From: an uncultured delta proteobacterium
Lineage (GTDB): Bacteria; Desulfobacterota; Binatia; Binatales; Binataceae
Assembly: GCA_963710425.1 (NCBI GenBank)
Contig: CAVQAR010000020.1
Span: 105,941 to 169,940 of the forward strand
Length of the DNA: 64,000 nucleotides
Reading direction: 5' to 3'
The first letter of the stretch is position 1. Each line of letters starts with the position of its first letter. Below are positions 21,189-30,948 of the stretch, piece by piece. The notes under the pieces were generated by a model. The model had not been told where the DNA came from. It did no database searches and was given only the letters and a program-made list of their open reading frames with translations. The position numbers and the translations under genes were made by a program.

Positions 21189-22553
21189 TTACAGGATCGC
21201 CTCAGCTCCGTATGCGCATCCTTTGACTAGACGGCCCACGTCGTAGTTCCATTCACCCTTCCACCGGCTAATCACAAAGCTCGCCTGGCTATGTCCGCTA
21301 CGCACCAGGTCCATCAGGCGAAGCAGGTAGATGCTCTCATCCTGACCGCTTTTGTTCAACACCCGCTGCCGTTCGAGGCCCTTGGCCGCCATTTGCATCA
21401 GCTCGTAAGCCAGTTCCTGCAGCTTGATTTTTCCCGCGCGCGCGTCCAGCCCGTGCTTATGCGCCGCGTCGGTGATTTCGCGCCGCTCGCGATAACTCCA
21501 TCCCTTGACCAGGTCCCAGGCGCCCGCGATGCAATCGTCGTCGTACAGCATGCCCTTCAGCAGCGCGGGCAGCGCGAGCATGAACTGCGGCGGCTGGCTG
21601 TCGGCGGTGCGCACCTCGACGTATTTCTTCAGCCGCACTTCGGTAAAAATTGTAGTCAGGTGATTGGTCCAGTCCTCGATGGTGGCGCGTTCGCGTCCAT
21701 GTCCGCGTTCGAGATACTGGCGGAACGTCAGCCCGGGCGGCTGGGTGAGATCGATGTACTCATGGTTGCGAATCAGGAAGTACATCGGCACGTCGAGCGC
21801 GAACTCGGCGTAATCCTCGAACGAACAATCATCGCGGAAGACGAACTCCGGAACGCCGCTGCGCTCGTTGTCGGTGTCGGTCCAGATATGCCCGCGGAAA
21901 CTGTGATAACCGTTGAGGCCGCCGTCGCTCAGCGGCGAGTTCGCGAAAATCGCGTATAGCAGCGGCACGATCCCCATGCTGACGCGCATCTTGCGCATCG
22001 CGTCGCGCTCGTCGCTGTAATCGAGATTGGCTTGCACGCCCGCGGTCTGCTTCATCATGCGCTGGCCGAGTTTCCCCTTGCGCGCCATGTACGGATACAT
22101 GATGTGGTAGCGGGCTTTCGGCAGCAGCTCTATTTGGTCGATACGGCTGACCGGTTGCATCGCGAGGCCAAGCACCGTCGCGTCGATCTGGCTGGTCACT
22201 TCGATCAGCTGTTGTACGTGCTCTGAGAACTCGTCGTAAGCGCAGTGGATACTGTCGCATTGCTCGCCCGACAGCTCGATCTGCCCGCCCGGCTCGAGCG
22301 TGATAGCCGCGCGATCGCCCTTGAGCGCGAGAATATGCCCGTGCTCGTCTTCGGGCTCGAAGCCGTAGTCAGCGGCCATCCGCCGCAGCAGGTCCTCGAC
22401 CCCGCGCGCGCCGGAGTAGGGGATAGCGGTACCGTCGGAAGTGCGAACGATGACCTTTTCGTACTCGGAACCGACCCGCCATTGCGCCCGCGGCTTGCCG
22501 CCCGTCTCGAAGTAGCGAATCAGGTCGTCCTTCTTTTCAAGTAAATCACTCAT
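21189..22553 (-). CDS. gshA: glutamate--cysteine ligase, GCS2 (plant/proteobacterial) type
   Basis: About 450 aa, collinear with plant-type gamma-glutamylcysteine synthetases (RVGSEYEK..., MYPYMARKG, GYHSFRGHIWTDTD). Confidence 0.8.
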   Translation of the reverse strand: MSDLLEKKDDLIRYFETGGKPRAQWRVGSEYEKVIVRTSDGTAIPYSGARGVEDLLRRMAADYGFEPEDEHGHILALKGDRAAITLEPGGQIELSGEQCDSIHCAYDEFSEHVQQLIEVTSQIDATVLGLAMQPVSRIDQIELLPKARYHIMYPYMARKGKLGQRMMKQTAGVQANLDYSDERDAMRKMRVSMGIVPLLYAIFANSPLSDGGLNGYHSFRGHIWTDTDNERSGVPEFVFRDDCSFEDYAEFALDVPMYFLIRNHEYIDLTQPPGLTFRQYLERGHGRERATIEDWTNHLTTIFTEVRLKKYVEVRTADSQPPQFMLALPALLKGMLYDDDCIAGAWDLVKGWSYRERREITDAAHKHGLDARAGKIKLQELAYELMQMAAKGLERQRVLNKSGQDESIYLLRLMDLVRSGHSQASFVISRWKGEWNYDVGRLVKGCAYGAEAIL

Positions 22554-22580
22554 GCATCAATCCGCTGCACTCTTTCCGTT

Positions 22581-22665
22581 TTCCCTCTCCCAGAATGGGA
22601 GAGGATCGAAGGTGAGGGTCCTTGTATAGCGCGCTTCTTTTGCGCGCGACTTAAGATTCTGCTCC
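22581..22665. repeat. REP-like element CCCTCTCCCAGAATGGGAGAGGATCGAAGGTGAGGGTCC plus a conserved AGCGCGC...GCGCGCG...AAGATTCTG tail; second copy at 30776-30842
   Basis: The two copies were compared directly; the one at 30.8 kb lacks its left arm. Confidence 0.6.
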
Positions 22666-22811
22666 TGCCTTGAATTCATCCGCAGAGGTCGCGCAAAAGC
22701 TCTCCTGAAAAGAGGATGCGGCAAGCGCGCTTATAATGGCCCCGCCAAACCTGCGAGGCAAGCACATTCGGAATCACCAAAAATTACATATAGTGTTGCC
22801 TCGTGTGATCA

Positions 22812-24113
22812 ATGGAAGTTGAAGATCTCTCAGCGCGCGACGAAACCGCGAGCGTCCTCGAACCGCCTCGCATCGACACTCCGGCGATGCGTTGGGAGGT
22901 CATGTTCTACTTCGCGATTCTCAACATCGTGATGGGACTTGGCTCGCCGCTCGGCATCGCCGCGATTCCGATTACCTACTTCCTGAAAGACACCCTTCAT
23001 ATGTCGCCGGTGCGCCTCGCGATCTTCCTCGCGCTCGTCTCGATACCGGTATGCGCCGGATTCCTGTTCGGCTTCATCCGCGATCGATGGCGCAGCGCGC
23101 AATGGGGCGATCGCCAATACTTGTTCGTATGCGCATTAGTCGCCGCCGCCGGGTATTTCTGGTTAGCCACTTCCACAATTGACTATTATAAGTTGCTTTC
23201 GATCGTCCTCATCATCGTCGCCGTGTACGTGATGATTTACACGTCGGCACAAGCTCTGATGGCCGGCGTGGCGCGCGCGTACGGGATGACCGGGCGCCTG
23301 AGCGTCGCATTCAGCTTCGGCTACTTCGTTCCCTTGGTGATTTCAGCGCTGGCCGGCGGATGGCTGGTAGCGCATGTGTCGGTGCGCGGCACCTTCCTGA
23401 TCGCGGCCGGCGTGACGATTGTGATCGCGATGCAGTCCTTTTGGCGACTCGACGCCGCAACCGAATTCGAAAGCTCGCTCGTGTTCGCTGAAAAAGGCTT
23501 CGCCGCGATACTCCGGCTCATCCGCCATCGGCCATTGTGGCCCGCCGCCGCGATTTCCTTCCTGTGGAACTTCAGCCCGGGATGGGGCACGCCGATGTTC
23601 TATCACCTGACAGAGCACGTGCGGATTTCGAGCGAACTGTTCGGCACCTTCACCGCGCTGCAGTCGCTATTCTTCCTGCCGACGACTTTGCTCTATGGCT
23701 ACCTGTGCACCCGCGCGCCGCTTTCGCGGCTGCTGTGGTGGGGAACGATAGTCGCGATCCTTCAAGGCCCGATCATGTTCCTGGCGCTGGGACCGGTGAG
23801 CACAATCGTAGTCGCAATCCTCTACGGCCTGTTCGGCGGCTTCGCCACCGCGGCGTATTTCGATCTGATAATGCGCTCATGCCCAAAAGGCCTCGAAGGC
23901 ACCGCGATGATGCTCGCCAACACCTCGATGTTCTCAATCGCCGGCAACAGCGGCAACTTGCTGGGCAGCTGGATCTATTCCACCGGCGGCTTCGCCTCAG
24001 CCGTGATCATCACAACTCTCGCAACCGCGCTAATAGTCCCAGTCCTGCGCGCAGTCCCCCCCGACCTAATCGCCACCCGCGACGGCGAACGCATAGACCC
24101 AAGCGCCGCGTAA
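22812..24113 (+). CDS. major facilitator superfamily transporter (BT1/folate-biopterin-transporter-like)
   Basis: About 12 predicted TM helices. N-terminal PITYFLKDTLHMSP motif resembles the BT1 family. Confidence 0.5.
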   Translation: MEVEDLSARDETASVLEPPRIDTPAMRWEVMFYFAILNIVMGLGSPLGIAAIPITYFLKDTLHMSPVRLAIFLALVSIPVCAGFLFGFIRDRWRSAQWGDRQYLFVCALVAAAGYFWLATSTIDYYKLLSIVLIIVAVYVMIYTSAQALMAGVARAYGMTGRLSVAFSFGYFVPLVISALAGGWLVAHVSVRGTFLIAAGVTIVIAMQSFWRLDAATEFESSLVFAEKGFAAILRLIRHRPLWPAAAISFLWNFSPGWGTPMFYHLTEHVRISSELFGTFTALQSLFFLPTTLLYGYLCTRAPLSRLLWWGTIVAILQGPIMFLALGPVSTIVVAILYGLFGGFATAAYFDLIMRSCPKGLEGTAMMLANTSMFSIAGNSGNLLGSWIYSTGGFASAVIITTLATALIVPVLRAVPPDLIATRDGERIDPSAA

Positions 24114-24131
24114 GAGCTTTTCTTTTCTGTT

Positions 24132-24164
24132 CCCCTTCCCACGATGGGAAGGGGTTAGGGTTAG
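24132..24164. repeat. REP-like hairpin CCCCTTCCC-acgat-GGGAAGGGG followed by TTAGGGTTAG
   Basis: Read directly. Confidence 0.6.
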
Positions 24165-24174
24165 ATGAGTGCCT

Positions 24175-24651
24175 GTAATGCGCGAGCCGAAGCGGTGGAA
24201 GCGGCCGAGTCTTGGTGTCGAGATGGAGCAGGTCACTAGGCGCGGCGTACTCGTAGCGAACGATGGGCGGCAGCTAATCCAACGCGCTCAGCCGGGACAA
24301 TCCGGCCCGCTTGAGCAGGCGGCTTACGGTGGCGAGGCTGAGCTAGAGTTGTGCGGCGATATGCTTCATCAGGAGGCGCTGGCGGCGCAGCGCGATCGCC
24401 TGCTCGACCAATGCTGGCGCCGTAGGGCGACGCAGCCGGTGAGGACGCGAGCTGCCGTAGGCCAGTCCGGCCGGACCTTCGCCGGCAAAACGCCTAGCTC
24501 ACTTGCGCACGGTCTTGTCACTCACACCCACGCTCGCTGCGACGGTCTTCGGCAATTCTCCACCATTCACCCGCATGACGAGTGCGGCTCGACTAAGCGG
24601 TGTGGTACGCGCATTCTGATGAATGTCCATCAGGGAGTAACATCCTGAGTC
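24175..24651 (-). pseudogene. degraded IS481-family transposase N-terminal fragment (HTH region), with internal stops and frameshifts and no catalytic domain
   Basis: Hand-translated minus strand: MDIHQNARTTPLSRAALVMRVNGGELPKTVAASVGVSDKTVRK*, then in other frames ...SSRPHRLRRPTAPALVEQAIALRRQRLLMKHIAAQL*LSLATVSRLLKRAGLSRL...YEYAAPSDLLHLDTK. These match IS481-type OrfAB N-termini. Confidence 0.6.
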
Positions 24652-24769
24652 GGTGTTGAGTTCGCACCTTTCACCTTCCCAGCGTCCTCCCGGAAGGACA
24701 ACCTATTGAAACACCACAGTTAGGTTCCTATCCTGAGCGCAGCGAAGGATCTCGCGCGAAACGCTGTTC

Positions 24770-24830
24770 TTGTACCAAAGTACAATATCCGCCCCTCTCA
24801 AGATCAACGAACCTGTAGCGACTCACTGAA
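24770..24830 (+). promoter_or_regulatory. conserved leader element with perfect palindrome TTGTAC-caaa-GTACAA (copy A), immediately upstream of the secreted-protein gene at 24830
   Basis: About 60 nt shared with 26998-27060 (TTGTACCAAAGTACARTAYCC...CTCA.GATCAACGA.C...ACTCA..GAA). Confidence 0.45.
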
Positions 24831-26955
24831 TGAAAATCGTAGTGGTGGGAGTGGCTTCTTATGCGCAAATGTACGAGCAAACATCTGCTAATCGCGCAGG
24901 TGCGCAACCTGGCACTGGCTGCGAGAGTCTCGCGGCTCTCGTCGTTTTCGCAATCTCGTTGACGCCGCCCGCTTTCGCTGCCGACACCATCGAAGGTCAG
25001 GTGCTCGGCGCAGGCGCGCCGATCGCAAAATCAACCGTGACGCTATGGTCTGCGAGCGCCGACGCGCCCAAGCAGTTGGCGCAAACCCAGAGCGGCGACG
25101 ACGGACATTTCACATTGAGCGCGGAAGGTTCGCCTGACAGCATCCTCTACCTGGTTGCCAAAGGTGGCGAACCGACTGCCCGCAAAGGGAGCGGAGACAA
25201 CCCGGCCATCGCGCTGCTCGCCGTCATCGGCAACAAACCGCCGGCGCACGTCGTCATCAACGAGTTCACGACGGTAGCGTCGGTATGGACCAACGCGCAG
25301 TTCCTCGACGGCACTGCGATCAAAGGTAACCCGCTCGGTCTCCGCATCGCGGCCGGCAACGTGCCCAATTTTGTCGACCTTGAAACCGGTGGCTGGGGAT
25401 CCGCTATCCAGGATCCGCTTAACGGTCCGCAGACGCCGACGATGGCCAACTTCGCCACGCTGGCCGACGCGCTTGCGGCTGCGTGACGCGGGTTACACCC
25501 GACGCGTGTGACAAGCTTTTCGCAGCAGCCACGCCGCCGAAGGGTGGCGCTCCGACCGACACGCTGACGGCGGCACAGTCGATCGCTCGCTATCCATGGT
25601 ACCAACCCGGAAGACTCTTCGCCTTGATCGGCCAGCTCTATCCAATACCGAAGGGCAAGAACATGCGGGCGGTTCCGTTCATGCCGTACCTGAACTACCC
25701 GCCCAGTGCGTGGGTGCTACCGCTGAAATTCGACGGCGGCGGCTACCGCGCGGGCGGCAAGGCCATGTTCGACAGTGAGGGCGACCTCTGGGTCGGCGAC
25801 AACTGGACCGTCGGCTGGCAGGGGCAGGACGCGCTATGGCAGGGCAACGTCAGCGAGTTCGCGCCAAACGGCCGCGCCATCTCTCCGATCACCACGGGCT
25901 TTACGGGCGGGGGAATGGAGGGCGGCACGTTCGGGAATGCGATCGACGCCAAGGACAATGTCTGGCTGGCGAATTACGGGAGCAAGTCCATCGCGGTGTT
26001 CGACAAGAACGGCAAACCGCTGACGCCTCCGGATGGCATCACGTTCGACGGCCGGCTCGGCATGATGCAGGGAATCATCGTCACATCCAGCGGAGACATC
26101 TGGGCCTTGGGCGTCTCGAAGAGCCAGCTCGTCTATTTCCCCAAAGGCGATCTGACCAAGGGCCGGATCGTTTGCGAAGGCAAAAGTGCAGAGCCCTGTA
26201 AGTCGTTTCTGGCGCCATTTCACCTCGCAATCGACCAGCAAGACCGAATCTGGGTGGCCAATAGCGCCATCGATCACGTCACGCGCTTTTCGGCCGCCGA
26301 TCCGAGCAAAGCAGAGAACTTCAAGGTGGGATTCGACACCAGCGGTCTTGCCATCGACAGCCAGGGCAACGTCTGGGTCACAGAGCGGTTCGGTAGCGGG
26401 CTTCTGGGTATGTCGCACTTGGTAGACTTCGATGCGCGCCTGAAGCTCGAAGGTGTCACGAAGGCCTCGGACTACCTGACGAAGACCATGTCGAGGCAGC
26501 GAGGAGGCCGCCACGGGGGCAGCGTTACTGTTCTGCGGCCTGACGGCACCCAATATCCGGGCTCGCCGTTCATTGGCGGCGGTCTCCCCGGACCGTGGGC
26601 TGTGGTCGTTGATGGCAACGACAACCTCTGGATTTCGAACTTCGCGATGCCGAGCAGTCCGATTGTGGAGTTGTGCGGCGCGCGCACCGAGAACTGCCCA
26701 CCAGGTATGAAGACTGGCGATCAGATTTCTCCGCCCGGCGGCTATGTGGGTGGCGGCCTGCAGATGCAGACTGATATAGCTGTCGACCCGGCAGGCAACG
26801 TCTGGGCGATCAACAACTGGCAGGACATCGATAGCTGTGTCGGTACGCCCTGCGAGGCGCTTTCGACTCGCTGCGGCGGCCAAGGCGTAGTGGTCTTCTA
26901 TGGCATGGCCAAGCCGGTGCGCTCACCGCAGATCGGACCAGCGCGGGGTTTCTAG
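24830..26955 (+). CDS. secreted protein with a carboxypeptidase-regulatory-like (prealbumin fold) domain and NHL/beta-propeller repeats. Either two ATGA-overlapping ORFs or one gene frameshifted at 25483.
   Basis: Signal peptide (LAALVVFAISLTPPAFAAD), then GQVLGAGAPIAKSTVTLWSA...DDGHFTL, then repeated ...G.IW.A../..D..GN.W beta-propeller-like segments. Confidence 0.5.
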
Positions 26956-26997
26956 GGACAGACACAGCCAGGATGGAGGCAGACCGCCCTTCCGACG

Positions 26998-27060
26998 TTG
27001 TACCAAAGTACAGTACCCATCCTCCTCACGATCAACGATCATGCACCCAACTCATCGAAC
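26998..27060 (+). promoter_or_regulatory. conserved leader element, copy B (TTGTAC-caaa-GTACAG), upstream of the DUF1254/DUF1214 gene
   Basis: Aligned by eye with copy A. Confidence 0.45.
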
Positions 27061-27094
27061 GGACGACCGCAGAAAGAGGAAGCAAACCCCGCGT

Positions 27095-28561
27095 ATGACA
27101 GAACGAATATTCTTCAGCGGCGGTTTGGCCACCGCCCTCGGCCTGATCCTCATTGCTACCTGCGCGGCCGGTAGCGATGCCATTTCCAACGCTGAGAAGG
27201 CGGAGAAGAACAAACCAGGCATCGCCGAGACGAAAGCCATCGCCGAGGAGGGCTTCATCTACGGCCTGCCCATCGTGATGAATTACGCAGTCATGTATGC
27301 GTTCTGCGTGGACAAAGACTCCGGCCAATACAAGTCGCCTTTCAACTTAATGTATAACGACCATCGCACCTTGACCTACAAGGATACAGCCGTCGTCACG
27401 CCGAACGCCGACACACCGTATTCGATGGTGTGGCTCGACTTACGCGCAGAGCCGATGGTGCTGTCGGTGCCCGCCGTGGATAAGAAGCGTTACTACGCGG
27501 TGATGCTCGCCGACGGCAACACCTACAACTATGGGTACATTGGTAGCCGCGCCACCGGCAACGAAGCCGGCGACTATCTGGTGGTCGGACCCGATTGGAA
27601 AGGCGCGACTCCAACGGGCATCAAGAAAGTATTCCGGTCCGGCACGCAATTCTCGTGGGCGCTCTACCGCACGCAGCTCTTCAACCCGGAGGACATGGCG
27701 AACGTGGTCAAGGTTCAGGACGGATACAAGGTGCAGCCGCTCTCGGCGTATCTCCACCAGCCCGCGCCGCCCGCCGCGCCCGCGATCAACTTCCCGAAGA
27801 TCGACAAGGAAATGGTCAAGACCAATTTCTTCGAGTATCTCGACTTCGCCCTGCAGTTCGCCCCGCCTGGTCCGGAGGAAAAAGAAATCCGCGCGAAGCT
27901 GGCCCGTATCGGGATTGGCGCCGGCAAGACTTTCGATTTCAAGGACCTCGATCTCAAACACAAAATTGAAGTCGGGCTCGGCATGAAAGACGGTGAGAAA
28001 AAAGTCGAAGCCGCAGTCGCGGGCATGGGCAAAGACGAAAACGGATGGCTGGTTGGAGGACTGGCTGGGGGCGATCGCGCCTCTTTCAACGGCGACTGGC
28101 TGAAGCGTGCTGCCGTGGCAAAAGCCGGCATCTACGCGAATGACCCGGCCGAGGCGATGTATCCCTTTACTCGCAAGGATGGCAAGGGCCAGAAGCTCGA
28201 TGGCAGCAAGCACACCTACACGCTCACCTTCGCCGCCGGACAGTTCCCGCCGGTGAAGGCGTTCTGGTCAGTGACGATGTATGACGGCAAGAGCCAGCTC
28301 CTGATAAAAAACCCGATCAACCGCTACCTGATCAACTCGCCGATGCTGCCGAACATGAAGAAGAATGAGGACGGCTCACTCACGATCTATATCCAGAAAG
28401 ATTCGCCGGGCGCGGACAAGGAAGCCAACTGGCTTCCTGCGCCAAAAGACCCCATTTATCTCGTCATGCGTCTTTACTGGCCAAAGACTGAAGCACCTTC
28501 GATTCTGCCGCCGGGCGAAGGCACGTGGATACCTCCGGCAGTGAAGCTGCTGTCGAAATAG
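27095..28561 (+). CDS. secreted DUF1254/DUF1214 two-domain protein
   Basis: Start at an ATG with an AGAAAGAGGA ribosome-binding site and a signal peptide (GLATALGLILIATCAAG). Sequence is collinear with the DUF1254 plus DUF1214 family of about 480 aa. Confidence 0.55.
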   Translation: MTERIFFSGGLATALGLILIATCAAGSDAISNAEKAEKNKPGIAETKAIAEEGFIYGLPIVMNYAVMYAFCVDKDSGQYKSPFNLMYNDHRTLTYKDTAVVTPNADTPYSMVWLDLRAEPMVLSVPAVDKKRYYAVMLADGNTYNYGYIGSRATGNEAGDYLVVGPDWKGATPTGIKKVFRSGTQFSWALYRTQLFNPEDMANVVKVQDGYKVQPLSAYLHQPAPPAAPAINFPKIDKEMVKTNFFEYLDFALQFAPPGPEEKEIRAKLARIGIGAGKTFDFKDLDLKHKIEVGLGMKDGEKKVEAAVAGMGKDENGWLVGGLAGGDRASFNGDWLKRAAVAKAGIYANDPAEAMYPFTRKDGKGQKLDGSKHTYTLTFAAGQFPPVKAFWSVTMYDGKSQLLIKNPINRYLINSPMLPNMKKNEDGSLTIYIQKDSPGADKEANWLPAPKDPIYLVMRLYWPKTEAPSILPPGEGTWIPPAVKLLSK

Positions 28562-28571
28562 AGGTGCAACC

Positions 28572-29528
28572 TTGAAACTTCAATACGCGCGAGTGATTCC
28601 CCTGATAGGACTCCTCGGCCTCCTGGTCGTCGCCAATGCCTCAGCGCAAACCACGCCGAACCCGCCGCCGGTCGATGAGTCAAAGTTACCCGATAACCAG
28701 AAATCAGAGACCGAGGTTAACAAGGAACTCTCGAATCCCATCTCCAGCATCTGGGCTCTCCAGATTCAGGAGAACACCTACTTCATCCATCCCGGTATCG
28801 AGGACAAGTCGAGCCGCAACGCCGTAAGCGTCCAGTTTCAGCCGGTGCTGCCGCTCGCTCTGACTGACGATTGGAATTTGATCACACGCCCAGTGTTCCA
28901 GCTCGTCAACTCAGTCCCCGTGCCAACGCTTACGCGCCGCGGAGTTGGTGTTACTACCAGCCAGGCCGCCGGGGTTGGTATTTATCAGGCGACCGGTTTC
29001 GGAGACACAATCCTCGCGACGCTTCTTTCGCCGAGCCCGCGACTGGCGGGACCCTGGCTGCTCGGCGCCGGACCGACCTTCATCTTTCCGACCGCGACTA
29101 CGACCAACGTCGGCCAGAAAAAATGGCAGCTCGGCCCCGCCGGAGTTTTCGGCCACCTGGGCGAGCACTACATCGTCGGCGTATTTCCGCAGCAATGGTT
29201 CTCGGTCGGCGGAAACGGCTCGAAGCAGACCAGCCAGATGAACCTGCAATACTTCGCTGCCTATTTTCTGCCGCACGGCTGGTCCGTCGGCACTTCGCCG
29301 AACATTCTGATCAACTGGAACGCGAGCGACGGCAACAAGGTGACCTTTCCAATCGGTCTCAACGTATCGAAAGTGCAAAAGCTCGGTATCTTGCCGGTGA
29401 AGTTCGCCGTCCAGGGGCAATACATGCCGGTCAGCCCCTCAGTCTTCGGCCAGCGCTGGAACATCCAGATAGCAATCACCCCAGTCATCCCAAAACTGAT
29501 CAAAGGAAATATTCTGGAAGGCTGGTAA
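28572..29528 (+). CDS. putative outer-membrane beta-barrel protein (MetA-pathway/phenol-degradation-like transporter family)
   Basis: Signal peptide ending in ANASAQ, alternating amphipathic beta-strands, and an aromatic C-terminus (ILEGW). Confidence 0.4.
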   Translation: MKLQYARVIPLIGLLGLLVVANASAQTTPNPPPVDESKLPDNQKSETEVNKELSNPISSIWALQIQENTYFIHPGIEDKSSRNAVSVQFQPVLPLALTDDWNLITRPVFQLVNSVPVPTLTRRGVGVTTSQAAGVGIYQATGFGDTILATLLSPSPRLAGPWLLGAGPTFIFPTATTTNVGQKKWQLGPAGVFGHLGEHYIVGVFPQQWFSVGGNGSKQTSQMNLQYFAAYFLPHGWSVGTSPNILINWNASDGNKVTFPIGLNVSKVQKLGILPVKFAVQGQYMPVSPSVFGQRWNIQIAITPVIPKLIKGNILEGW

Positions 29529-29579
29529 ACAATCCGTCACCAGCCGCACCCGTGCCTTTCTTCCCCTCTCTCTATCAGG

Positions 29580-30774
29580 AGAGCTTTGCGAAACTGGTGT
29601 CCGTATGGGCGCAGCTAGAGCGGATAGACGACTTGGCTGAGGTTCGTGGTTGGGGCTGTGGATTTGGGGTCGGTCGAGCAGCTGTGGGATGCGAGCCTTG
29701 AAGGTTAGGTGAAGTTTAATCATGGATTCAGGCCGTGCTCAGGACCAGCGCCCGTTGAGGTTGATCGCGATGCACATGGTGAGCAGTTGGACCCGATTGC
29801 GCAGCAGCCCGCGATAGCGCACTCGCCGGTAACCATAATGCAGCTTCATTACCGCAAAGGTGCGTTCCACCTGAAAGCGGATCCGGGCCAGCGTCCGATT
29901 GCGCGCGGTCAATTGCGGATCCGGATTGCGCGCAGTGCCCCACCAGGCCCGGCGCATGATGCCATCGGCGATCGCCAACCGCCGCAACAGTTCACGCCGC
30001 CGGCCGCTGTCGTAAGCCTTGTCGGCAAACACTGCACTCTCGTCCCCGCAGATCAGCTGATCGGCCGGCTCACTGTCGTTGGTTTTGGCCCCGGTCAACA
30101 ACACCTTGCGGATGAGGCCGCTGCCGAGGTCCACCGCCACGTGTGCCTTGTAACCAAAGTGCGAGGGTTGGCCCTTGCGCCGGGTCCATTGCGCGTCAGG
30201 ATCCAGCCGCGAGCCTTGGCCCAGATTCTCTCCGCGCTCGCCGGTGCTCGGTTCCTTGACTGCCGCGCGCACCAACGAAGCATCGATCAAGGTGCCGCGC
30301 TTGATCACCAACTGCTGACGCTCGAGTTGGGCGCTGACTTCGCTGAACAGCGCCTCATCCAAACCTCGCGCGGCCAACTGCGCGCGAAAACGGCTGATCG
30401 TGGAATGGTCGGGTACCTGCTGATTGAGCGCCAGCCCCGCGAACTGGCGAAAACTAATTCGATCCTCCAGCGCCGCTTCCAGCTCCGGGTCCGACAGCCG
30501 ATGCCACTGCTGCAACAGCAGCGCGCGTAACATCACGATCGGTGGATACGACGGTCGTCCTTCGCGCGCTGCGTACAACTGCGCCATGCGCTCCGCCAGC
30601 CGCTCCCAATCCACCAGTTCATACACCGCCTCCAGCCAATGCTTGGCCTTGCGCCGCGCGATTATGCTCTCCGCCAAACTCAACTGCCCCATCATCCGAT
30701 GACTCATCGCCCGCTCCTCCTCCGCATCCCTTGCATCAATTTGATCAAAGACACACGAGTTATGCAAAGGTTTC
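29580..30774 (-). mobile_element. IS5-family insertion sequence (1195 bp) with imperfect terminal inverted repeats and a flanking 3-bp direct repeat CAG; inserted into a REP-like hairpin
   Basis: IRs GAGAGCTTTGCGAAACTGGTGT (29580-) and the reverse complement of 30774 (GAAACCTTTGCATAACTCGTGT), 17/22 identical. CAG lies at 29577-29579 and 30775-30777. Confidence 0.65.
29739..30707 (-). CDS. IS5-family DDE transposase (InsH-like N-terminal domain plus DDE domain)
   Basis: WLEAVYELVDWERL...GRPSYPPIVMLRALLLQQWHRLSD (InsH N-terminal domain) and a DDE catalytic region. Start chosen at MSHRMMGQ, inside the IS. Confidence 0.85.
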   Translation of the reverse strand: MSHRMMGQLSLAESIIARRKAKHWLEAVYELVDWERLAERMAQLYAAREGRPSYPPIVMLRALLLQQWHRLSDPELEAALEDRISFRQFAGLALNQQVPDHSTISRFRAQLAARGLDEALFSEVSAQLERQQLVIKRGTLIDASLVRAAVKEPSTGERGENLGQGSRLDPDAQWTRRKGQPSHFGYKAHVAVDLGSGLIRKVLLTGAKTNDSEPADQLICGDESAVFADKAYDSGRRRELLRRLAIADGIMRRAWWGTARNPDPQLTARNRTLARIRFQVERTFAVMKLHYGYRRVRYRGLLRNRVQLLTMCIAINLNGRWS

Positions 30775-30775
30775 C

Positions 30776-30842
30776 AGAATGGGAGAGGATCGAAGGTGAG
30801 GGTCCTTTTCAGCGCGCTCTCCGCGCGCGCTTCAAGATTCTG
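30776..30842. repeat. right half of the REP-like element split by the IS (AGAATGGGAGAGGATCGAAGGTGAGGGTCC plus tail)
   Basis: Matches 22594-22665. Its left arm (CCCCTCTCTC) lies at 29563-29576, on the other side of the IS. Confidence 0.55.
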
Positions 30843-30948
30843 GCTCTTCTCTGAACCGTAGGCCGAGATTACGCAAAGAGCGTTAACAAGAGGGCCTCGC
30901 TCATTATCGCGCAGCAGATGAGGCTCGGCCTGAATTACAAGACAAGAA

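Noticed and set aside
24169-24648. 159-aa plus-strand ORF between the transporter and the secreted-protein gene
   Set aside because: It is the antisense of the IS481 transposase relic, which has clear family-specific motifs on the minus strand.
29696-30812. GAAGGTTAGGTGAAG (29696-29710) and GAAGGTGAGGGTCC (30798-30812) as IS5-type terminal repeats resembling the GGAAGGTGCGAA consensus
   Set aside because: The two motifs are in the same orientation (direct, not inverted). The second belongs to the REP-like element also present at 22606-22620 without any IS. Better inverted repeats were found at 29580 and 30774.
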